Source: Malacoraja senta (Eukaryota). From it: a stretch of DNA of 64,000 nucleotides. Positions 14,201 through 26,300 of the stretch are shown here, in pieces. How positions within the stretch are numbered: the stretch's first letter is position 1; the number at the start of each line of letters is the position of its first letter. Below the pieces are notes generated by a model. That model was not told the origin of the DNA and ran no database searches. It saw only the letters and a list, made by a program, of their open reading frames with translations. The DNA lies in NCBI GenBank assembly GCA_038087875.1, contig CM075983.1, forward strand, positions 22,816,001-22,880,000. Direction: 5' to 3'. The position numbers and the translations under genes are program-made.

Positions 14201-17200
14201 AAGTGCCTTTTGACGTTCATGCTATCTTTCTGATTGGAGGAATACCTTTAGGCTTAAAAATCCAGAGAGATCTTGATTTACATGGTCTGTTTTGTAATTT
14301 TACACCATCGCATTGTTCATTGTCTATTCTGTCTCCCCCCCCCCCCCCCCCAAAAAGACACCCACTCCTCTCCACTATTTCATTTTAGCTTTTATCTGTA
14401 GCCTGATTTTTTTCATTCCATTGGGACACTGGTCCCTGCTCTATTCAGGTGAAGCCTGTTTCAACAGAACAGCTCCCTTCTTCCCCAGTATGGATGCAAC
14501 TGCTCCATGAATTACAACCCATTTGTCTGACACAATTTTTGATCCCCACTTTTAACTCTCTGGTCTTAATGATCCAGTGCCAGAGCTTTTGTGGCTCTGC
14601 TTCTCTGCATTGGCCTTTTTTTCCTTCCACTAATTTTGTCAGAACAAATGCTGTCAGCATCCTCACATCCACTGCTTGAAAATACCAACAGGATTGGGAC
14701 CTCCTTGTAGATTTCTCCCCTGGCCTCTCTTCTTACTGCCACATCGTCACAATACTTTCAATATCTAGCAAAGACCAAGCAAACTTTTTTTTATAACTTA
14801 CACCAAGCCAAATAGTTTTGTCATGGTCTCTGCTATTACTTTATATTCCTTCTCTGTATCTTTACCTCATGTTCCCCAGTGACAATTGTGGCAATGGTGA
14901 GTAAATTGTAACTATGGTACAATTTGACGCTGAACCAAATCTGTGAAATCATTTCCTCATATGCTGATAAAAAGAACAGAATTAATGTTAAGCAGCTAAT
15001 CCTGATATTTAAAATGTTGGTACTTCCTTTCACCTCCGAAGCGACATTCCTCCTTGTATATCAACAGAGGTTTAATTTTTTGACGATCAATTGTCCCAGT
15101 CAGAACATTGCTGCAGAATGCCTCAGGGCAGTTTGTTTTACTCAATGGGTTTCAGCGATCTGATAAAAAATCTGCCCTTCATACAATGACCACAAGTGGG
15201 CATGTTTGTTGAAGAATATTCACATGATCTTGCAATCGTTCTGATAATGAAGCAGACCCTGTCAGTGTGTGACAAAACCTGGACAAATTCAGAAAAGCTG
15301 ATAAGTGCCAACCAACATTTCCACCACACACACAACTACCAGGAAACAATTATTTTCAACAACATTTATGAACTTTCCCAACTAATGTATGATTAAGAGA
15401 GGAATACTTTAACCTTCCAGCCTCCACTTCAAAGTAGCAGCTTATCTCACCCTATCTTCCAAACCGCAATGATGGTTGTACAATAAATGCTGCCCGAGCC
15501 CATGATGCTAGTATTCTATAACTGATATGTCATCATTGTACTTCAAGGCACTCTCATCCATTATTTTTAATATAATTCTACAGTCCAAGTGAGAATTATC
15601 AAATTCAGTTTGGAGGAAGAGTTACAATGGTGGGAAGAAAGATGGCCTTTCACCTCAGCTGTGGCATCCTGCTTCACTCTGTTGGACTTTATAGCAAAGG
15701 CACTATTCTTGGGTGTGTTAAAGTGCACCCGTTTTACACTCCATGCCTTAGCAAAGAGGCTACCATCAAGGGAGTAACTCATCATTGGGATGGTCTTGCT
15801 TTTGTCCTGACAGTTTCCATTGCTATGAACATTTTTGTTGTTGTTTGTGGTATTTTCGGTCAGACATCTACACAGAGATGGATGAAGCAGGTTACTGCAT
15901 CTGCCTTTTTCAGACATATTAATCCACCTTCCCCATGGAAGAACAACTCAAGAGGCCCAAACCAACTGTCTCAGTTTATTCAAAGATGGTAGTCACCAAA
16001 TTGCTACTGTAAAGCTTGGGAGTTATAAAAACATGAAGATTCATCGTCATCAACAAACATTGTATCTGGGCAGTGAAAACTGTTCATCAGTCATTGTATA
16101 ATAATCCAGTTACTTCATAGTGAGAAATATACAATAATTCACATATAGAAACCAAGATATTTTTATTTAAAAATATGCATACAATATAAAGTGCAATTAC
16201 ACCCCTCTGTCAAATTTCAATTTCCTTATATACATCTTTCATTGAATTCAGAATAAATATGAATTTTCCATTCAGATTTGGTGCTCCACAGCATCAATGA
16301 CATGAACATGGACATTTCTTAAAGCTTTTGGGGATGAATCCACATTCAATGGGACAAATGTGCTCCTTTTCAAAGCTCTGCAATGTTTATGCACATCAAA
16401 ACCACAGAGGTTCAGAGAAGAAAACATAGTTATATCCCAACTAGCATTACTGTAGCCAAATTACACTTCATCTGTTTGAGTCTGTGTGAATAATCTGTGG
16501 AATTCCCTGCCACAGATGGCAGTGGAGGGCAATTCACTGGATGTTTTCAAGAGATAGTTTAGATTAAGCTCTTAAGGCTAAAGGAATCAAGGTATATGGG
16601 GAAAAAGCAGGAATGGGGTACTGATTTTGGATGATCAGCCATGATAATATTGATGGTGGTGCTGGCTCGAAGGGCCGATCTTCTATGTTTCTAATTCCTC
16701 CTCCAACAAGTGAGTGTGACGTGGAAGAGCAAATACTGTATACAGAGAGATTACCAAGGTGGAAAAATAATTTGGTTGTTATATTGGAAAATTTAAATCA
16801 TCCCAAGGAAAACTGGGATAGTGCTAAGAGCAGAAAGGCTGAAAGAATTTCCAATATGTCCAGAACACTACATTTCTAATCCATCAAGAAAAGAAGAATT
16901 AGTTATGCTTCTTGAGAATGAGGTAGGTCAAGTGTACGTATTGGTGCAGGACATGATCGGTTAAATTACTTCCTTTTTTACTCTTACTCTTCTCTGATTC
17001 CATTGGTTTTCTTCTACTCGTGGCCAATTTTAAAAGTTCACTTACTATTTGACTCATTCATGCTCAGTTATAAGCTTGATCATTTTTGTGTATGTGAAGG
17101 GCACAAAACTGCCTTACATAGTAGTTGATCCGTAATTGATACCTTTAAGGTCAGTTAATAGTGTTCTTACAGTAATATTAACCACAGTTATTGTACCATG

Positions 17201-17388
17201 GCTCATGAAATACTACAGCAAATCATCGCAAAATCATGCAGATCATGGAAATTTGTCATAAACTCAGAAGGTGCAGGAACCAATCATCAGGCTCGTCAAC
17301 ATCCTTTATGATGTCATTTTTGTGTTTATAGTTTTGTTTGCAAAAGGATGCTCAAATGTTTACATATTTCTTCAGTAATACATTTATA

Positions 17389-20300
17389 CTACAACTTATC
17401 ATCTTCCTTCTCATTTACAAAGCCCATGTTGTCAAAGGAATATGGAGTCTGTGGCTGCTGAACTGTGTTAGGTTCTGAATGACCATCAATGAATCCATCA
17501 TTGGAATGACCTTTCAGAGATTTCTTCTGCACTTCTTCGAATATCTGCAGAATCTTCAATCAAAATATAAATAGTTCATTAGCAAAAGAAAACAATTTTA
17601 GAATTGTTCCATTAGAATTCATCCATTAGAATAAATACTTCAAATATTATTCCATTGATGATTTATAATGTAAATATGAAACAATACACAGCAGGTGCTT
17701 GTGGGTTTGATTCACAAATTTCATTCAGTTGCTGGCACTGAATGCGGATATATGATTGTGCTCCACTTCCAAAATAGTCTCAAAGGAGGCAAAGTTCAGT
17801 TTCAGAGTACTGCACACAACCACAATGGTGTTAACCATGCATTTATTGCAAGCAACTGAGGATAGCCTTCTACTCTATAACGGGGAGCTATGTGCATTTG
17901 AGGCTCCCAGCATCCTTAATTCAATGGTGAGAAATGAAAAATAACATAACCAAGTTTTTCTTGTCCTTTGTTATTCAGTGTGGACATTGATAGGATTGGC
18001 TTTGATTGTGATGCCTTCTTTAGTAATGAGCTTTACTTTAGACTTTAGAGGTACAATGCAGAAACAGCTATCAGCCCGTGTTGTAGTTCTATCCTGTAAA
18101 CTGGAGACTATTTACATGGTTACAGAAGCCAATTACCTACAAACCTGCACATCTTTGGAGTGTGGGAGGAAACTGGAAACCTTCGCAGTCACAGGGAGAT
18201 TGTACAAACTCTGTACAGAGAGCACCCATAGTCAAGATTGAATTCGGGTCTCTGGTGCTGTAAGGCAGCTTCTGTGCCACCATGCTGCCAGTGCCAGTCC
18301 AGAATTGGCTGGACTCTCAGCAGCTATTGGAATGTTTCCCAACCACTGAGATTAGTTTCAGAAGAAGGTGAACAATGAAATTATTGAAACTTTCAAGAAC
18401 ATCGAAGCTGTGATAGTAAAGCCATTACTATTTAGTTGTGTTGTGGGAATAAGTGACTGCTGAGTTTATGTCACTCTTTAATGGAGGTATCTCTATATTT
18501 GGATAAAGATCTTCCATTAAAAAAGTTGTTTTTCAATCAAAGAAATAATGAGAGCCATTAAGTTGCACAATGAGTTGGACAAAGTGGACAGAATGAGCCA
18601 TTATTCCTATATTTTTATTCATTCACAGGATGGAGATACACTGACTAAGTCTGGATTTACTAACCATCCCCAATTGCTCCTCAAGTTAATTGGTCCTCAA
18701 GGAGTCAACCAGATTGGTGGGACTGAAGTATCATTTAAGCTATACCCAGTAAGGATGAGAAATTTCCTTTCCTGAAGTATACTCAGGAAACGAGTTTTTT
18801 TCAGTAACAATCCAATAGGTTGGGTAAAGTGACATGGTGTGTACGAGATTATACTGCCAGGATTAAAGTTTTTTAAAAAACACTTGGGCATCACAAATAC
18901 TTATGAATGGTATTGAAGTCAGTAAGGATGAAAATTAAGGAGATTATTATCAGACTCATTGTTAAATTATGGCTAACTAAAGGAAAGTGACGAATAAAAT
19001 ATTAAGATCTTAAACAGGATGAAACTCAGAGGAGGTTCAGATTCTACCGAGACTTTATGGTAAAACCATATTTTATCAACCCTGTCTTGCTTCAGCACAC
19101 AGAAGCAAAAGATAGGCAGGTTTAGAACACAAAAGTAAACGGAGGCTGTTCTAACAATTGCCAAAATAGAAAGAAGGACAAAACTGATCCTAATGTCACT
19201 GGATTTGGAACCGCTGGAGAAAATCTACCCTCTTCAACCGCAAATGGAGACATCTGGAAAGTGACCTTTGTGAAACACAGGGCAGTAACCCGAATAAAAC
19301 AAGTAAATCTGAAAAGTTACTTCAAAGTATGATATTCCGTCAGGTAGAGTAGAATAAAGTAGAATATATATTTCAGCTTGCTTCTCATAATGAGCTGTGG
19401 ATACTTGTCTGGTGAGAATCATTCAAGAATGAAATGGATGATAGGATTGGAGTCTTTTGAAGTCTTTCTGAGAACCATTAATTTAAATACATTTCTTCAT
19501 CTTTATTTTTTCTCCCAAATCTCCAGATTTTCATTTTTAAATCTGCCCTCGTGCAAGGTCAAACTATAAAACTGATTTCAGGACAGATATGTTACATCAA
19601 TGCATCAATATGATGTTACTCTTACCTCTGATTTGGGCACAATGCCAACTCTAAAGAAACCAAGTGTACCCGTCTCTATCTTGGTACAGTCTACAACAGT
19701 AGAGGCAATATTCTCAGGTGACGGCCCATCACACAATACTCCATTAACCTGTACCGGGAACAAAATTTCCATGTGTAATTAACTATGACGATACATGTCA
19801 GAACTTACGTTTGAAACTTAAAGAGTTAACTTTACCTTTTCTCCAAGTTTGGCATAGACTTGATTGTGGTGTGTGGTGTCTGCTTCTCCTGTTGGATTTG
19901 CTGATGTCACCGCTATAGGGCCTACCTGCACATGCAGAGAAAGATTAGCTACCATGTAGACAGAAGTGGATCTACACTCATTCCCTGTTCTGATTGAGTT
20001 TCTGCTGAAGAGGAAGTAAGCTCCATAATGAACCCTAGCAATCTGGCTAGCAAAGGGAATTTTGCAATGGTTTTTGCTCATAATCATTATCCAGTGACTA
20101 GACCTGTAAGGCCTTGAAGTTGGGAAGAACCGTGTCAGGCCATGATAAAATTAAAGCTCTTCCAGGCACCACAGTAAAAACAAAATGAAACTTTTTTCAA
20201 AACCACCTTTAGTGAAATTTTTAGTACTGACAGTTTCCACACTTAATATAATTTCTACAAAAATAAGACTTAACCAAACCTGCATTCTGCTTAAAAACGC

Positions 20301-23300
20301 AAATCTTCCACAAGAATTGTGAGAGCTGCTTTTGCTTTCTCTCTTGCACCAAACACACACGAATGAATGCCCTCATGCATACACATACAAATGCACTCAT
20401 ACACACTCATGAATGCACACACGCACATGCACACACACTCATGGACGCATGCATGCACACTCACACATGCATGCACGCACACACATGAATGCACTCATGC
20501 ACGCACTCATACACGCATGAATACACTCGCGCACACACACTCATGCACACATGCATGCACAAACTCACACACGCACACACACTGTTCTCTTTCCTACAAT
20601 CTAATAATCACATGCTGATTTGTTTCATTTGTTTTGTATTCCATCGAACAATGTATTTCCTTTTATGCATGCTGCAGACTTTAGAATAAGACATATTATG
20701 GTGATAGGTTCATTAGCAAAATATAGCTGAACAGTATTTCTTTGGTAATTCTGAAATACTTACAACTGACCCCATGAAATAAAGCAATCACACACCTGGA
20801 ATTAACTACTGGTTCATAGTTACAAGTATTTCCCAGTGAAACAAGTGGATATTCTATGTGAAAATCAAAAGAACTGCAGATGTTGGAAAACCAAAATAAA
20901 AACTGAAAATGCTGGAAATTCTCAGTAGATTAGAAGGCATTCTGTGGAGCAGTTCTGATGAAACCATTTCTCTCTCTACCGATGCTATTTCTAAACATAG
21001 ATTTTATTTCAGATATTCTGTCAAAACCCACTGAATCGGGAAAGTAAATAAAGGCAATGAAAAGTGTCAAGGAAATTCAGCAATATATGCAAAATATATA
21101 AAAAAGCTCCTTCGGAATATCTCACCTGATCAATGAGATGTGTTGTAACAGCACAGTCTGGAATCCTAATGGCGATGCTTTGAGGTGTCCCGATGTACTT
21201 ATCTGCATGTTTCAGTCCAAATGGTTCCAGCCATTCACCTTCCAATGAAAACAACATTTGTTAATAATCATTCTCCCACATTGATTTAAATCAGATTGAC
21301 ACATGAATTGTGTGCTAGTGGAACAGATAGTTAATTTTAATTATGCAATTTGAGATTGGCAAATATGCATGGAATGTCCATGGTTATACTTTGATAAACT
21401 GATAGTGTTCTAAATTGATGAAATACTTCACAAGATACTTCACGACAGAATGAAAGTGGATTTTTCCAACTGCATTTTGATACAGCAAAGAATAGAGACA
21501 CCCAATAAAAGATTTCCAATCTGTCGTTTGAGCTGGAAAATGAAACACTGCATGAATGAGAAAAACATATTTGCTTGGTGGGTGGTTTAGAGGAAGAATA
21601 TGGAGATGAACAAAGGCGTATTACCCCTGGGGATGACAAGGCTGATAGACGATGGCCAAACTGCCTGCATAAAGTCCCACAATAGAGGGTTTAACAGATG
21701 TTTAACTGGTTCCAGTTGTGCTAAGCTGGAGATCCACAGAGACATGGGCCTGTCCTTGGCCTGCTTCTTTGTGCTGTTCAAACAAAAAATATACATTTCT
21801 TAGTTATATTTTTCATCTATTCTTAGCTTACAAATTATAAAGCATCAAAATACTGCTGCTTGGTATTGGCATTACTTGACATGCAAGAAATTAAGGAACT
21901 GAATCAGTCATCTTTAGCTCATCCTTTGTATTAGGATAGTTCTTCAAGAAAGTAGTTAAATAAATGGAACATTGTACTTCCAAGGATGTTTGTACATTAT
22001 CTTTACATACAAGGGATGTTATCACTTTACACATTTATCCCACAACAAATGTTCAGTGTTAAATATGATCCATACATTTTTTGATATTTAATATTTATGT
22101 CTTGAGATATGTTGAAATAACAACCTAACAAGCAATGAAATATATTCATTGCAATGGCTTCATAATAGGTTTAGTTTCGTTTATCATCGTCATGTGTACC
22201 GAAGTACAGTGAAAAGCTTTTGTTTTACTATTCAGTCAAAGAAGAGCGAATACAATCAAGTCATCCACAGTGCACAGATTGATAACCAATAATGATACAT
22301 TAAAATAAAAAAAAGGGGGCTGGAATTGTGAGGAAAAAAATGCTGCAAACACTTGGCAGATCAGGCAACATCTATGGCAAGAGAATCAAAGTTAACATTT
22401 CAGATTGAAGATCCTTCTTTAGTCTGACTGACTTGTTGAGTGTTTCAGGTTTTCTTGAAGTGGATACATTTTTTTGCACCAGTTCTGCTCTTATGCTTGC
22501 AAATTTCAAGATTCAAAAGATTCAAAAGATTCAAGAGATTCAAGAGAGTTTATTGTCATGTGTCCCAGATAGGACAATGAAATTCTTGCTTTGCTTCAGC
22601 ACAACAGAATATAGTAGGCATAAATAAATACATTTCAGGATCTAGTAAATACAATAAGAAATAATTCCAAATATACAGCTATTATTTTCTATGTTCAGAT
22701 ATAAGCGTGAATAGATAGGTGCATTAGTGATGTTCTCCACTCCAAATGCACTAAAGGTCTTTGGTACAGGCCCAAGTGAATAACACTCAATGTAAAACAG
22801 TTCCTACTTGTAAGCCTTCTCAACAGCATCAGGACAATTGCAGGCTGCCACCAACACATACACAGTGTCTGTTGGAATACCACAGATTCCTCCATTTTTC
22901 ATAATTTCTGCAGAAAAGAAATAACATTTTAATAAACAGGAAAATCCCAAAGAACATATTGTTTTTCTTCCTAAATGTGTTCAGTGTCATGATAAAAAAA
23001 ATGATTTAAAAGCAACAATAGACATTGAGGACTATTGACCACAGGCTCTGACGGAACTGACAAAGTTAAGCCTGGTAACCATTTTTTTACTCTGCTAGGT
23101 GGCACAAATGGAACATTGAGAAGCTAGAAAAAAAGTCATTAACTAAATTCTGACAAACTATTAGCCATCACCCAGAATATTGATGGGAAGAATCAGGAAT
23201 CACAATATGGGAGGAACTATGAATGACTGTGCCAAATTTAATTACTCCAAATCTATCTACTCATCATCGTTTTTCACAGGCTTTCTTTGAAAGTAAATAG

Positions 23301-26300
23301 ATGATTGCCTTTGTCACAATATAAAACAAAAATTTACAATAGCCATAATATGGAATAAAAATGTACTTTGAACCTATGTGGAAAAGAAAATTCCAATTTC
23401 CCTGTGTAAATTCAAATCCCAAATTTCTACTGACAATCTGAAATTTAATAAGCTCTGATTGTGAATTTGCCCACAATCCTTCACACTGTTCTGCCTCAAA
23501 ACCAGATATAACTTCAAATATCTTGATTGCCTTCATAATGCTTTTTCATCTATTTGTTTTTCAGTGGAAAAATTACTAAGTTTCAAGCTTGTTTTTGCAT
23601 CTGTGACATACTATAATCAGACTTAAACTTCTCAGTAGGTTTTCATTTGCATTTAATACCCTTTTGGTAATAATTTGTATAGAACAACATAAATTACTTC
23701 ACTGATGGTTTAACTGTTGCCTTCCAAATGCAACATCATCCTGGATGTCTGATATTTTAAATTTAAATTTTTTCAGTTTCCATTTTATAACTATTCTACC
23801 CTTTCCTGTACAATTACAAATATGTGCATGATTACATCTCTTTTATCCCTTCATTTTGATCAGTCTACATTTTAGGACATTTTACTGTTACTTTTCTTTT
23901 CCAAAATTTACCATTCTCAGCCACTGCACATTCTAACATACCTTCTCACCTTGCTCGCAGTCTCTGCTTCTTGCTAATTTATTTTATAGTTTACCAAGGT
24001 CCTGGTTTTGGATCTTTGGAAAACACAAATTTCATGCCCCAAGACTGCAGCCAAGTTATTACACAAATGTCTTTTAGACTTGTGGGATAAAGTTTCCAAG
24101 AAACATTGGTGAAATTGACACTAAATATATTGAATCTCTTTGGTCTCTCCAATGATTTTAATGCTGTCTTATCATTTCATGACCATCACAAACATAATAG
24201 GATATAAGTATATAGAAGAGAAGTTATAAAAAGAACAGCCAAGTAATTACATTTCATAATTATGATTTGCATGATACACTATCTTAGAGGTTACATATGA
24301 AGATACAAATTAGAAGCATTAGATCATTCAGCCCTTCAAGTCAATAAGAGGCTGGGTAAACTAAATGTAACATGTTACTTATTAATTTTGCTATTTCGCT
24401 TAAAGAAATGAAAACAGCTCTGAAATAACAATGTGGAATCCAACAATCTTTGCAGAGCCTTACCTGCAATCTTTCTGACTGAGGTGGTTTTTCTTGAAGG
24501 CAGATGAGGGCACACAGATTTGTTCTGCCCAAAGCCACACAGGCTTGCCCAGGCCCGTCCCAGAGGTAACTGGGGTTTCTCAAAGCTTTGGTTAAAGAGG
24601 GTGGCCAGAAAGCAGTAAAAACTAATCAAACCAAAAATGATGGTGACTCCAATATCATATCCATAAGGAATTGCATTAATGGCATCCAAAAGGAAGCTTA
24701 TTAAGATCAACTGAAAGCTGAGTGATAAGGCAAACCATGCCGTGTTCAGAAAGCAAGTGCCAATCACCACAAAACTGTTAAAGAGAAGGAAGCAAATAAT
24801 TCCCACAGCAATACCAAACCCCCTAGTCGAACCATAGAGACCACCATATCTGGTCAAACCCCAGATTATCCATATTAAACCATACAGAATGAAAGCACAG
24901 CTTTCAAGGGTTTTACCCCGGGAAAAAGAGATTGAGCCACACAGGATCTGAAGGACACCCCCAGGAATAACAATCCAAGGCAAAACTACAGTGGCTAAAG
25001 GTGCCAAAGGATTGATTGATACAGTGATGGCAAAACAAGCCACAACATTGCAGGCATGGGCTAGAATCTCAGCGTCTGAGTATCTGGAGTATCCTAAATA
25101 TGGGTTATGGAAGTCTTTACCTGACTTTAGAGATAAGGCATTCATCCTACTGAATAAAGTTTTAACAACCCCTTCTCCAGTGGGATATGTCAGGGGCCCT
25201 TTGCTATTGAAAAGAGAAATTAAAGTAACGCAAGCAGATGCTATAAATATAGCCACACTCACGCCTTGTGCTCCACCATGGAAAAAGCCTGTGGAGCGAG
25301 CTGATACTGCTATACAATAGGCAACAAAAAACAATGGATACAATCCATCAATAAGGCTTTTACTGGTCATGAACAGAGCCAGCGTGAAAAATAGGACAGC
25401 AAGAACAATCGGGACTGGAACTGGGAAGAAGGGTTGGCTGCTTTGCCATATGCTGTACAGCAATGCATATCCCTCTGCAAATTTTAATATGGAGGTCAAA
25501 CCAAAGAATGTAGCATTCAGCGTGTCAAAAGCCCTGTAAGACAAAATACAAACTATAATTTGGTAGACGCCTGCTGTCCACAGCCAGGGAATCTGACCAA
25601 CAGACAGTTTGGAAGTTACACCCAATAGGTGACATCCGAACACACTGGCAGATAGCATATTAGTGATGTATCCCAGAACTATTGTGTCATTGTTAAAGAA
25701 GCTTATCGATTTCAATGTCACATGGGACTTATTCTTGGACAGACTAGTCCCTGGGAAAGTGATTTGTCCTTTGCTTATGAAGACAGAAGCACGGCCCAAT
25801 CCAAAGTAAATGCCGATAAAGGACACGATCAAATAATTTGAAGCCACTGCAGAATGACCAAAAGATTTATTATATAATGCAGCAATCTCATGAGCAGTAG
25901 CAAGAGAAATAGCAAAGGCAATCACACCAGGGATTACATCCTTTTGGATGAACCCCACAACCCCAATGATGAAGAGTACCAAGACTAAAGCTACAAAACC
26001 AGGGACCAGAGCATTTCTGACTGAATTACTCTGAACTACATTTGCTCCCATTAAGATGTGGATCAGGCCAGATCCACACCACAGGACAGACACTGTCAGG
26101 CATAGATTCACAAAAGGGATAGCTCGATTTGAACTCTTCCGTATACCTGAAAAAAAAAACAAGCAGAAAATAAATAGTAAAGGAGATGACATAGGTTTTA
26201 CACACATTCACCAATTACACTGAGTGTGAACTACACCATTAGCCATTCTTCCTCCATAGTCTATACATTCTTCAGCTTCAAATGACAATCTACCCGCTTA

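Larger units (their letters stand above)
1..17218. repeat. Tandem segmental duplication, ~10,419-bp unit: 1..6799 matches 10419..17218; the complete unit is probably 6800..17218
   Basis: Every ORF from 638 to 6460 recurs with an identical translation at +10419. The offset is 10418 before a 1-bp indel near 545/10964. Identity ends at ...gaaatactacag (6799/17218). Confidence 0.97.

Noticed and set aside
20221-20689. His/Thr-rich and Cys/Val-rich ORFs
   Set aside because: Translations of a CA/CATG microsatellite.
19626-22907. Calling this the housekeeping YRDC gene
   Set aside because: It has no start of its own, is spliced in frame to the membrane exon, and its motifs deviate from canonical YRDC.
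24991-25320. 109-aa antisense ORF within exon 3
   Set aside because: A shadow of the coding strand with no recognisable motifs.
24375-26207. The 610-aa ORF as a complete single-exon gene
   Set aside because: Its first ~20 aa are a polypyrimidine acceptor tract and its last ~29 aa follow a GTAAGG donor; it is an internal exon (24464-26146).
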